From NCBI GenBank assembly GCA_965219995.1, contig CBDCOX010000002.1, positions 2,560,001-2,624,000 of the forward strand: a stretch of 64,000 bases of DNA, written 5' to 3'. The position numbers and the translations under genes were made by a program. Shown piece after piece: positions 20,567-29,458 of this stretch (its first letter is position 1; each line of letters starts with the position of its first letter). Source of the stretch: Candidatus Latescibacterota bacterium (GTDB lineage Bacteria; Latescibacterota; UBA2968; GCA-2709665). The notes under the pieces are model-generated. The model made no database searches. It worked only from the letters and a program-made list of their open reading frames with translations, and was not told the DNA's origin.

Positions 20567-20595
20567 GCAGGGGCGGGTTTCAAACCTGCCCCTGC
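20567..20595. repeat. REP-like palindromic element
   Basis: GCAGGGGCGGGTTT-C-AAACCTGCCCCTGC, 14-bp arms with one G-T pair; resembles GTAG-type REPs. Confidence 0.65.
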
Positions 20596-20673
20596 GTCCG
20601 GACCATAGGTACCTTTCATATTCCGGCATCGAACCGGATTACGATTTTTTCGTCGAAACACAAGCGAGACACT

Positions 20674-21051
20674 GTGGATCCCATATCCGATATCCGCGAG
20701 AGATTCGAGCGGGGCGTCCGCGAGTTCAATGCCGGCGACTTTTACGCGGCTCATGACACGTGGGAGGATGTCTGGATGGACGTGCGGGGCCCCGAGAGAC
20801 CTTTTTTCCAGGGCATGATCCAGGTGGCCGTTGGCTACTATCATCTGACGTGCGAGAATTACGCGGGAGCGGAGCACCTGTTGAGCCGGGGCGTCCGAAA
20901 GCTGGCGGCATTCACACCCGGCCACCGCGGACTCGATACCGCACACCTGGTCCGCGCGGCGGACGCGGCGCTGGCGGACGTCCTCGAGGTTCGCGCGGGG
21001 AGACGAAAGACGACCAATTCGAATATCGCGCCCAGGATTCGAAGCGCGTGA
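20674..21051 (+). CDS. DUF309 protein
   Basis: FNAGDFYAAHDTWEDVW...FFQGMIQVAVGYYH signature. Confidence 0.9.
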   Translation: MDPISDIRERFERGVREFNAGDFYAAHDTWEDVWMDVRGPERPFFQGMIQVAVGYYHLTCENYAGAEHLLSRGVRKLAAFTPGHRGLDTAHLVRAADAALADVLEVRAGRRKTTNSNIAPRIRSA

Positions 21052-21101
21052 ACCCGCTGCCGTCCGCGTCTATCGGAGCGTTCGTATCCGAGTGATGCGC
21101 G

Positions 21102-21130
21102 TTGACACGATCCCGCGGCTGGTGTATATT
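21102..21130 (+). promoter_or_regulatory. Sigma70-type promoter
   Basis: TTGACA-17 nt-TATATT upstream of the SDR gene. Confidence 0.7.
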
Positions 21131-21217
21131 TTATTTCGTCCGTAAGATGTTATTATTTGACAACGTAGCCGATGGCTCAATTGGTTTGTCAATCCGTCGT
21201 CACCATGGGAGCAGCAA

Positions 21218-22006
21218 ATGCGGTTAGAGGGAAAGGTCGCGTGGATTACCGGCGGCGGCGCCGGCATCGGCAAGGCGGTGTCCATCCGGTTCGCGAAGGA
21301 AGGCGCGAACGTGGTTGTGCTGGAACTCGACGAGGGGCGCGGGGAGGCGGTGGTCGAGTCGATCCGCGGGGCCGGCGGCGAGGCGGCGCTGGCGGTTGGC
21401 AGCGCGACGGACGAAACGGATGTCAACCGGGCGCTGGATGTGGCCCTGGAAGAATTCGGCGGCCTCGATATTCTGGTGAACAATGCCTATTATTGCCATG
21501 GCACCCACGTCCCCGACATCGATCCGGAACTGTGGGATCGGAATATCGAGGGATGCCTGAAGAGCGCCTACCTGTGCAGCCGTGCGGCGCTTCCGCGGAT
21601 GATCCGTCGCGGAGGCGGGTCGATCGTGAATATTTCGTCCGTCAACGCACTGATGTCGTTTGGCGAGGCCGCGTATAGCGCCGCGAAGGCAGGCGTGATT
21701 TCCCTCACCAAGACCATGGCAGTCGATTGCGGGCCCGATGGCGTGCGGGTAAATGCGATCTGCCCCGGTACCGTCATCACGGAAGGGTGGCAGCACGTAC
21801 TTGATAAGGACCCGGAGATATTCGATCGAATCGCAGAGGTGTATCCCCTCAAACGCGTGGGCAGACCCGAGGAGATCGCGAACGTTGCGCTCTTTCTCGC
21901 CTCGGACGAGGCATCGTTCGTTACCGGATCGGTTGTCGTGGCCGACGGAGGCGTGACGTCTGGCAATCCCACGTTTCTGGATCACGTGGAAGGCAAACTC
22001 TCGTGA
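21218..22006 (+). CDS. Classical SDR oxidoreductase
   Basis: TGGGAGIG, LVNNA, NISS, YSAAK, VNAICPG. Confidence 0.93.
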   Translation: MRLEGKVAWITGGGAGIGKAVSIRFAKEGANVVVLELDEGRGEAVVESIRGAGGEAALAVGSATDETDVNRALDVALEEFGGLDILVNNAYYCHGTHVPDIDPELWDRNIEGCLKSAYLCSRAALPRMIRRGGGSIVNISSVNALMSFGEAAYSAAKAGVISLTKTMAVDCGPDGVRVNAICPGTVITEGWQHVLDKDPEIFDRIAEVYPLKRVGRPEEIANVALFLASDEASFVTGSVVVADGGVTSGNPTFLDHVEGKLS

Positions 22007-22926
22007 AACCCACGCTCCGTTTGCGCGACGGGTCTGTCTCGAATCAGGCTCTCGCGGACCTGATCGCGCGTTGTGCCGAGGGTGGAGGCGAACTCACGCC
22101 GCCGGCCGCGGAGACGCTTGAAAACCTGCGGAGCGACGAGATTTTACTGGCGTTCGACGGGTCCGCGCCGGCAGGCATATGCGTGATGTCGTTCACGGGA
22201 GGAGAACGGAAAGCGGCGCTGAGATTCCTGGGGGTGCTTCCCAAGCGCCGTCGTTCGGGGCTGGGCCGGCGGCTGTTGGCGAAAGCGGAAGCGGTTGCCC
22301 GGAGGAACGGTTATCATACGCTGCAGACGGCCTCGGTCGTTGCCAGCGATAATGCGGCCGCAACCGGGCTCCTGAAACGAACCGGCTGGGAACCCGTGTT
22401 CGGCGCGGGCCTGAGGATGTGGCGGAAACTTACGGACCTTCCTGACGCGAATCCGCCGTCGGGCTACAGAATTCGGACTTTCGAAACCGGCGACGACGCG
22501 GCATTCGTACGGATCAAGAACGCGGCCTTTCAGAGTGGGAACGGTGGCGGTCGGCCGTGGACGGTTGCGGACTTTGAAAAGGAATATCTGGACTCTCCGT
22601 ATTTCGATCGGAAGCGCGTCCTGTTTGCGGTTTGCGGCGACGAACCCGTGGGCACAACCACGGCCTGGTCAGCGACGTATCGAGGCAGGGAAGTCGGACT
22701 GATTCACTGGGTCGCGGTTGTACCGGAACACCGGAATAAGGGGCTGGGCTGGGTATTGAACGTGCGGGCGTTGCACAAGTTGAAAGCGCTGGGTTACCGG
22801 GAAGCCATACTGAATACCAGCGAAACGCTGGAATCGGCCGTTCGCCTGTATCACCGGCTGGGTTTTAAGGTCGTCGTCCGGCGCGCCCACTATCGCAAAA
22901 CGTTGAACAGCGCTACCACCCATTAG
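22003..22926 (+). CDS. Tandem-domain GNAT N-acetyltransferase
   Basis: Two acetyl-CoA motifs (VLPKRRRSGLG; VVPEHRNKGLG) and AVRLYHRLGF. Confidence 0.85.
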   Translation: MKPTLRLRDGSVSNQALADLIARCAEGGGELTPPAAETLENLRSDEILLAFDGSAPAGICVMSFTGGERKAALRFLGVLPKRRRSGLGRRLLAKAEAVARRNGYHTLQTASVVASDNAAATGLLKRTGWEPVFGAGLRMWRKLTDLPDANPPSGYRIRTFETGDDAAFVRIKNAAFQSGNGGGRPWTVADFEKEYLDSPYFDRKRVLFAVCGDEPVGTTTAWSATYRGREVGLIHWVAVVPEHRNKGLGWVLNVRALHKLKALGYREAILNTSETLESAVRLYHRLGFKVVVRRAHYRKTLNSATTH

Positions 22927-22986
22927 TGTACTCCGTTCCATTTGCACCGGATGTGCGGCGGCCGGCCGGGTCCGGGGACAGCGACA

Positions 22987-23505
22987 ATGAAACGATGCCT
23001 GGGAATGCTGCTGATCGTTTGCACAGGCTGCGGATCATCGGATCCCGTCGGTGTGGTCGAACCGTCACCGTATCCTTCGGGTGCGATGGTATCGGTTGCC
23101 GCCACGGACTTCAATGCGTACCTCGTAAACGTCTCGCGAACCTATGAAACCGTGAATGTGATGAACGCCGAGTTCGGCTCCATCACACAGGGGTGGTCGG
23201 GCGGCGTGGTTTCGAGGTACTGGACACGGCAGTTCATGTCCAACCTGATTGCCCGCCTGGAAACGCTTCAGGTACAGGTGCGGGACATCCGGCCGGACGA
23301 TAGCGAATTGCGGAGGATTCACGGTAGTTACGAGCTGGGGCTGACCACCTTCCACGAGGCGTTTGTCGCCTTTCTCGACCAGATCGACTTCCCGACAACG
23401 GCAGGGATTGAAGGCGTGAATCTGCTGATATTCAGAGGCAACAGGCGCATGGATGAGTTTCAACTGATGCTGAGCAATCTTGCAGGGCGGCAAATTCAGT
23501 TCTAG
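22987..23505 (+). CDS. Hypothetical lipoprotein
   Basis: MKRCLGMLLIVCTG-C lipobox-like signal; helical body. Confidence 0.6.
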   Translation: MKRCLGMLLIVCTGCGSSDPVGVVEPSPYPSGAMVSVAATDFNAYLVNVSRTYETVNVMNAEFGSITQGWSGGVVSRYWTRQFMSNLIARLETLQVQVRDIRPDDSELRRIHGSYELGLTTFHEAFVAFLDQIDFPTTAGIEGVNLLIFRGNRRMDEFQLMLSNLAGRQIQF

Positions 23506-23566
23506 CCGCTTTTTGCCAAACGGAAAAAAGATATAAAATATTAATAAATATCAGCTTATATATCCC

Positions 23567-23602
23567 CAAAGAAGGGTCCGTTCAGGACCCTTCTTTGTTT
23601 TG
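23567..23602 (+). terminator. Intrinsic terminator
   Basis: CAAAGAAGGGTCC-gttca-GGACCCTTCTTTG followed by TTTT. Confidence 0.8.
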
Positions 23603-23816
23603 GCCGTTGACGCCATGCCTCTAGGGTGGATTATTCACGAAAACCCTGGTTTTGATGCATAACGGGTTGTTTTTCAATAGATTCTGCGAAATATCACGCG
23701 TCAGCATCTCATGAATCACGAAATTGATTGGTCAGGGAGATGTTTCGTAGCCCACCGAGGTAAGGATCCATCGGTTTGGCCCGGTATAGTGAGCATTTGT
23801 CCTGCTCCTGGTCTTT

Positions 23817-23842
23817 ATCCTGTTCATCCTGTCCATCCATGT
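23817..23842. repeat. Short 9-bp-period intergenic repeat
   Basis: ATCCTGTTC-ATCCTGTCC-ATCCATGT. Confidence 0.5.
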
Positions 23843-24043
23843 AAGTTCATGCCTGGTGAATTATTCAGGCTAGGCGCTCCATTTCCGTGAAAGAGTACCG
23901 GATTGCGATTCGATAATTTGAACCGGATCCCACCGCAATGTGTCTTACGAAGGGGAAGAGATGGATCACGGACATTGCGACGTGCAAATCCGTCCTGTTG
24001 TCCGTCCGGACATCTGGCTTGCGGGGAGCAAGGAGATCCTTGT

Positions 24044-26080
24044 ATGGTTCGACTCGCAATACTGATTGGGCTTCTGGCGTTGCGCGTTCCCGCCGTTGAG
24101 GCCGGACGATCGGATCCTGCGAAGGTGGACTCGCTGCTGGCCGCGGCGGCGGATACGCTGCTCGAACAGGACCGGCGGGAAGCCCTGATGAAGCGTGCGC
24201 TCAGGCATGACCGGTCCGGCAGGACGATGCACGCCCTGGCGCGGTTTTACATGGCGCAGGGCACGCCGGTTTCCCGTCAGACGGCGGGCCACTGGCTGCT
24301 GCGCGCCGTGATGCGTGAGCGCGAGAACCCGGAATATCGGGCAACCCATGCTGAGCTGTTATGGCGGACGTTGAAACGTCCGGAATCATACAGAAAAGCG
24401 CTCCAGGTTCTGGAACTGGATCCGGACCACGTAGCGGGCCTTTTCTGGGCAGGGCGTTTCGCGGTCTGGGCATGGGAGTATACCTATTATACAGACAGGC
24501 TTGATGACGACACCGAAGCGGCAATCGGGATGTATTCGATCCGAGGCGGAAAGACACTGACTTTCGTCGAGTATCCGGATCTCGGCATCGAAACCGGAAT
24601 CGGTTACCTCACCCGCGCCATCGGCCTGGATCCCGTCCACTGGCCGTCGCATCAGTATCTTGGGCTGGCCTATTACGCCGCCGACATGCCCGGGCCTCTG
24701 ATCGAGCTCTTCGAAGCCTACCGAAAGCGGCGGCCGGAGAACTGGAACGCCCACTTTTTCGCGGGCCTCGGCTATCAGATGAAAGGCGACCTGGAAGCGG
24801 CGTACCGGGCCTACGTGGACGGCCTGAACCGTATGACCGATACGGCGCGGAGGTTCATGCAGTCGATTTTCCTGATCCGGAGCCCTGCCGAAACAAAGGG
24901 TGAACCGCCCCCGGGCGACGAGGAAATCCGCAAGTTCTGGCTGGGAAAGGACCCGATCTACCTCACATCGGTCAACGAACGCCTGCTGGAACAGTGCCGG
25001 CGCGTGGCCTACGCGAACCTGCGGTTCTCCGATCCCACGCTCGGGCGGGAAGGATGGCAGACCGACATGGGTCAGACCTATATCCGGTACGGAGACCCGC
25101 GCGTCCGGTACATGGACGGTCCCGGGAGGGGCCGGAAGGACGTCTGGGACTACGGCCCGTTTACAGCAATATTCGTCCCTACGGTTACATGGGACTCCTG
25201 GCGGTTCGCAACGGCCAGGATGGGTAATAAACGGCTGAAATTCGAACAACTGGTGGAGGCGGTACCGGACTTATATCAGCATCCTCTACAATATGATGCG
25301 CCATGCCAGACTGCGCAGTTCCGGCATGACAACGGAAATACCCGCATCGAGGTGTATTACGCGCTGCCGGAAGAAAACCTGCGGCATACCGTATCGGGAG
25401 GCAATGGAAACGCTGGAGTGGACGCCAGGCAGGCGCTTTTTCTCTTCGACTCCGATTGGGACACCGTCCGGCACAGCGTCGTAAACGTGGAGCGGATGCC
25501 GCGGGTCGTCTATGAATCCACGGAAGAGGCCTTCCTGCTGGCTGCGGAACGTATGATCATTGATCCGGGGACCTATTTCCTCGCGGCTGAAGTTGAAGAC
25601 CGGAAGACAAAGCGGACAGGCACGTTCCGGGAACGGCTGAGTGTACGATCGTTCGGTACGGACACACTGGAAATCAGCGACCTGTTGATGGCGCGGCGCA
25701 TCCGGATGCGGGAGAACGCCCCTTACGGCAGGGAGCAATTCGCGGTACTCCCGAATCCGCTGCAGGTGTGCCGCGCGGAAGGGCAGGCCTGGTTCTATTT
25801 TGAAATCTACAATCTGTCGCGTGACGAATTTGGCGCCACGCACTACCGCATCAACTATCAGACGCTGTCGCTGCCGGAGGATGCGGGCGACGGTTCCCCG
25901 GCCGACTGGACGACGGCTGTATCGTATTCCTACCGGGGCGTCCGGGACTGGGAACCGCGCGACCTGCGCGTGGTTATGGACGGCGCATCGCCGGGGCCGC
26001 GGGCGTTTCGAGTTGTGGTGGAGGACCTGCACACCGGTCGAAGAGCGCTGGCGGACACCCGTTTCAGAGTGAGATGGTGA
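24044..26080 (+). CDS. Exported TPR + GWxTD domain protein
   Basis: RBS AAGGAG; signal peptide; TPR-like helices; RRVAYANLRFS...EGWQTDMGQTYIRYGDP signature. Confidence 0.88.
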   Translation: MVRLAILIGLLALRVPAVEAGRSDPAKVDSLLAAAADTLLEQDRREALMKRALRHDRSGRTMHALARFYMAQGTPVSRQTAGHWLLRAVMRERENPEYRATHAELLWRTLKRPESYRKALQVLELDPDHVAGLFWAGRFAVWAWEYTYYTDRLDDDTEAAIGMYSIRGGKTLTFVEYPDLGIETGIGYLTRAIGLDPVHWPSHQYLGLAYYAADMPGPLIELFEAYRKRRPENWNAHFFAGLGYQMKGDLEAAYRAYVDGLNRMTDTARRFMQSIFLIRSPAETKGEPPPGDEEIRKFWLGKDPIYLTSVNERLLEQCRRVAYANLRFSDPTLGREGWQTDMGQTYIRYGDPRVRYMDGPGRGRKDVWDYGPFTAIFVPTVTWDSWRFATARMGNKRLKFEQLVEAVPDLYQHPLQYDAPCQTAQFRHDNGNTRIEVYYALPEENLRHTVSGGNGNAGVDARQALFLFDSDWDTVRHSVVNVERMPRVVYESTEEAFLLAAERMIIDPGTYFLAAEVEDRKTKRTGTFRERLSVRSFGTDTLEISDLLMARRIRMRENAPYGREQFAVLPNPLQVCRAEGQAWFYFEIYNLSRDEFGATHYRINYQTLSLPEDAGDGSPADWTTAVSYSYRGVRDWEPRDLRVVMDGASPGPRAFRVVVEDLHTGRRALADTRFRVRW

Positions 26081-26125
26081 TTCGGATGACCCGATACGGC
26101 GGACTCGCGCTCAGTTCCGCCGTGT

Positions 26126-26168
26126 AACAGAAGAGGCCGGAGGTTCTCCCCGGCCTCTTCTGTTTTTT
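26126..26168. terminator. Intrinsic terminator between convergent genes
   Basis: AACAGAAGAGGCCGG-loop-CCGGCCTCTTCTGTT, 15-bp stem plus T-tract. Confidence 0.85.
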
Positions 26169-26205
26169 CCGCCCTTCAACCTCAGGATGCCGTCGGTCGG
26201 CACGG

Positions 26206-28608
26206 TCACGCCAGGGCGACGATTTCCCCCTGCGGCACCAGGGTCTCCTCGCCGTTGTGCGCCAGCCGTGCCGGGGCGTCGCCGTTGTTTCTCACCCAGA
26301 CCTCCCCGGTTTCCGCGGCGTTGACCTCAAACGAACCCGTCGTTTCAACGTTCAGGATGGCCTTCTGAAGCAGGGCCTCGCCCGCGCCGAGGTCTCTCGA
26401 CCAGGTGACAGTATCTTCGTCCACGCGGGTAACACCACTGAATACGGGAATCGCGCTGAATTCGGAGCGCGGCGCTTTAAAGGTGATCGAACCGGCGCTT
26501 TCGCCGAAGTTCGCCACGGCCAGATGCCCGTCGGCCATAAGGCCCGCCGCGGACCGCCGTGTTTGCATGACCACAACGTCCAGGCCGGCCGTTTTTCGAG
26601 GCGTGCTGTCCGGCGCGATGAGCGCCGTGAGTTCGGAAATGGTCCTTCCGGCAGTAACCTGGAACGGTTCGTCCACAATGCTGAGCGTGAGGTCGTCCGC
26701 CACGGCGCGCCAGACCTTGTAAAAGTGCCGGTTGTGGTACATGGTCTTCCCGGTACCCGTAAAGACGATGCCCAGCCGACTGTCGACGTTGAGCCATGCC
26801 GGATGTTCGTACGTCTTGATGACATCGCTTTCCGGGTCGGCGGTGACGTAACTCCGGAAGCGATCGGAACCCTCCGGCGTGTGAACGGTACGGGTTCCGT
26901 TGCAGTTGCCCTTCAAGGCTTTGAAGTTTTCGTTGACGATCCGCAGAAAACCCTGATCTACGCTTTGAACGGTGATCGTCTCTCTTGCGGTGAGCCGCTC
27001 GCAGGAAAGTGAAATCCCGGAGGGCAGCCCTGCGAAGAGTACTTCCTGGCGCACCGAACGTTGAGCGCGATCCAGGACCATGGCGGCCGCGAATCCATCC
27101 TGGTGTTCGTCCACGCGAACCGAGACCAGGTCGTGGCTATCGGGCTTATCCTGAACGTCAATGCTGGCCAGATATGAGTTTGACGCCGGCGCGACCGTAT
27201 AGAGGCCGTCCCTGTTCAACGGCAGCGCCATGATGTCGTTGCGCCATGAAAGTGAAGACTGACCGGTCCGGTGCCGGTGGAAGACAAAGCCGGAGTGGGG
27301 ATAGACCTTGACGCCCCTCAGCTTGCGTTCGACCGCCGCCCCGGACGTCGGTTCGGGGCCGTCGCCGAAGATCCTGTGGAGGAAATAGGTGTGGGCGGGA
27401 TTGACGATGTTGTGTTCCCGGATGATCAGAGGGTCCTGGGGTCCGTGCACGGTCTCGGCAATCTGGCGGTCGTGCATTCGTCCGCCGGTGCTTTCGGCGC
27501 GCTGTTCCAGCGTTTCGAGTGCCCGGCGCTCAAAACAGGCCCCGTCCGGATCGTCGAGGAGCAGTGCGGCCGTCGCGTGGGTCAGCGTTCCGGAATCGGG
27601 CGGAATATACGGCCAGTCCATGCCCTGCACGGGATGCATCGAGCCGGTCCGGTCCGTCGTACGTTTGAGCTGGTCGTAGATTTCCCTCCGATTGAAGAGG
27701 GCGTGTTCCGGAACCCTCGCGCCGAACGATCCGTAGATGATGCCGAGCCGCCCGGTGAACATGACCGAACTGCCGGTGTAGCTGGGATGCACCATTCCGT
27801 GGTTCTCGGCCATGTAGTCCGGCAGTGCGACGAACGTCTGGCCGGTCAGTTCCCTGACCGTCTTCCGGTCTGAGAAGCGCGCAAGGTTCTTCGTGTCCTG
27901 CTGGGTGGTGGTTGTCGAAAACATCCACTGGCGGGCCGTTTCGGCCCAGGATTTGACGTTGGGAGAGTTGCTCAGGAAACATTCAACCGAGGCCAGGCCG
28001 CAGGACGTCCATCCGTTCTCTTCCATCTGGGTATTGGTGTACACGCCGCTCTTGGGAGCCATGGCGCCGAACCGCTCGGCATAGTCTTCGTGCATGCGCG
28101 CGATCATGCCCCAGGTCTCGTCGTCCACCATATCGCCCAGCATGAGGGCGGTGAGGGCAATGTCGGCAACGTTCGTGCCGCACTGGCTCTCGGGGAAGAA
28201 GCCCCGCCCGCGTTCACCCCACTTCGTGCCCCATGTTCGTGGATTGCCAAGGCTCTTTTGGGGTCGGATACACTCGGCCGGACCCGTGTCGTGGGTAAAG
28301 CAAAGGTACCGGATCCCCTTCAGCGCGAGTTCCCTCAGTACTTCTTTCGAGCATCCTGTCCTTTTCGAATCGTATTCGGGCGAGTTCGCAAGCGCTGCAA
28401 ACACGAAGATCGGCGAGGCCGTGTCGCTGCCGTACCAGTGGGCCCCGCCGAAGAAATGCCCGCAGTTGGGCCGCTCCGGCCAGTCTTCGAAGTAGTTCAG
28501 GCCGATCGGCACCCAGTTCTCCAGGATACGTTTATATCTCCGGCTGAGCGGGGTTTCCCTGGCAGGCACGGACGTCCGCTTCCGGTTCGTCAGAATCTCG
28601 GGGCGCAT
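26206..28608 (-). CDS. Hypothetical 800-aa protein, possibly polysaccharide lyase-like (helical N-domain + beta-sandwich)
   Basis: RBS AAGGAG; long clean ORF; NTQMEENGW and ENHGMVHPSY motifs. Fold is inferred only. Confidence 0.6.
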   Translation of the reverse strand: MRPEILTNRKRTSVPARETPLSRRYKRILENWVPIGLNYFEDWPERPNCGHFFGGAHWYGSDTASPIFVFAALANSPEYDSKRTGCSKEVLRELALKGIRYLCFTHDTGPAECIRPQKSLGNPRTWGTKWGERGRGFFPESQCGTNVADIALTALMLGDMVDDETWGMIARMHEDYAERFGAMAPKSGVYTNTQMEENGWTSCGLASVECFLSNSPNVKSWAETARQWMFSTTTTQQDTKNLARFSDRKTVRELTGQTFVALPDYMAENHGMVHPSYTGSSVMFTGRLGIIYGSFGARVPEHALFNRREIYDQLKRTTDRTGSMHPVQGMDWPYIPPDSGTLTHATAALLLDDPDGACFERRALETLEQRAESTGGRMHDRQIAETVHGPQDPLIIREHNIVNPAHTYFLHRIFGDGPEPTSGAAVERKLRGVKVYPHSGFVFHRHRTGQSSLSWRNDIMALPLNRDGLYTVAPASNSYLASIDVQDKPDSHDLVSVRVDEHQDGFAAAMVLDRAQRSVRQEVLFAGLPSGISLSCERLTARETITVQSVDQGFLRIVNENFKALKGNCNGTRTVHTPEGSDRFRSYVTADPESDVIKTYEHPAWLNVDSRLGIVFTGTGKTMYHNRHFYKVWRAVADDLTLSIVDEPFQVTAGRTISELTALIAPDSTPRKTAGLDVVVMQTRRSAAGLMADGHLAVANFGESAGSITFKAPRSEFSAIPVFSGVTRVDEDTVTWSRDLGAGEALLQKAILNVETTGSFEVNAAETGEVWVRNNGDAPARLAHNGEETLVPQGEIVALA

Positions 28609-28716
28609 GGGTGGCTCCTTTTTTGGTTTTGGGACCGAATCGAGAGGTCCCGCCGGCTATTTCAGTTTGACGTTGGGATCGTCGTCATACGCGGAATCTA
28701 TTTGAACCAGCCGCCC

Positions 28717-29457
28717 TTACTCCACCGCGAACAGCCGGTTGCGCGCCGGGAGGCTGACGATCTTCGAATAGTGATGTACTCCCAGATCGGGATTATCGGG
28801 ATCCACGGGGGTGGGCGCCTCAATGACGAAATCGGCGAAGTGCGGCGCGTTGAAGGCCACGTAGGCCAGCGACAGGCAGTCGACGAGCCGTTCGCGCCGC
28901 TTCAAGAGGTCCGGAAAGGCGATCGGACCGGTATCCACCTGATAGAGATCGCCTTCGCGGCGGGTGTTCATGGTCTTCACCGGACATTCGATGACGGCCC
29001 TGAGCCCGGTGTCCTCGTTGTGGATTTCGGTCTGCGAGACCAGCGGCGCGAAGCGGTACGTTTCCTCGCGGATGGCCGCGTTCGACGGCAATTCTAGAAT
29101 CCTGTCGCCCTCGACCAGGTGAAGGTCGTAGCCGCCGAACATCTCCTCATACGGCCGCGTTTCCCGGTACCGGTCACTCAGGCGGGCGTGACGGCGGAAG
29201 ATGAGTCCGTAACGTGCGCTGAAGATCGGAAGGTAATCGTAGTTGTCCTGCTGAAAGAGGTCATTCTCGCGAAACGTGTTCTCGCTCTTGCACGAGCCGG
29301 TCTGGTAGAAATCCTCGCTGTTCCCCCCGGTCTCGTCGATGACGCGTGTTCGCGACTCGATCCAGAAGCGAACCTCGTTGCTGGACCCCTTCCCGATCAG
29401 AAACGAACGTCCGTAGTCCAGCGGGGTCATTTCGATTCCAGCCTCGCGAGTCCCCAT
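28717..29457 (-). CDS. Hypothetical protein
   Basis: ATG 1 nt after the SulP stop, GGAG RBS; 246 aa; GSCKSENTF motif. Confidence 0.65.
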   Translation of the reverse strand: MGTREAGIEMTPLDYGRSFLIGKGSSNEVRFWIESRTRVIDETGGNSEDFYQTGSCKSENTFRENDLFQQDNYDYLPIFSARYGLIFRRHARLSDRYRETRPYEEMFGGYDLHLVEGDRILELPSNAAIREETYRFAPLVSQTEIHNEDTGLRAVIECPVKTMNTRREGDLYQVDTGPIAFPDLLKRRERLVDCLSLAYVAFNAPHFADFVIEAPTPVDPDNPDLGVHHYSKIVSLPARNRLFAVE

Positions 29458-29458
29458 G

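Noticed and set aside
23658-23682. AT-rich TAAC..TTG..TTTCAAT motifs (also near 6330 and 34260) as dif or IHF sites
   Set aside because: They do not fit the XerC/D or WATCAANNNNTTR consensus spacing and are too degenerate to support.
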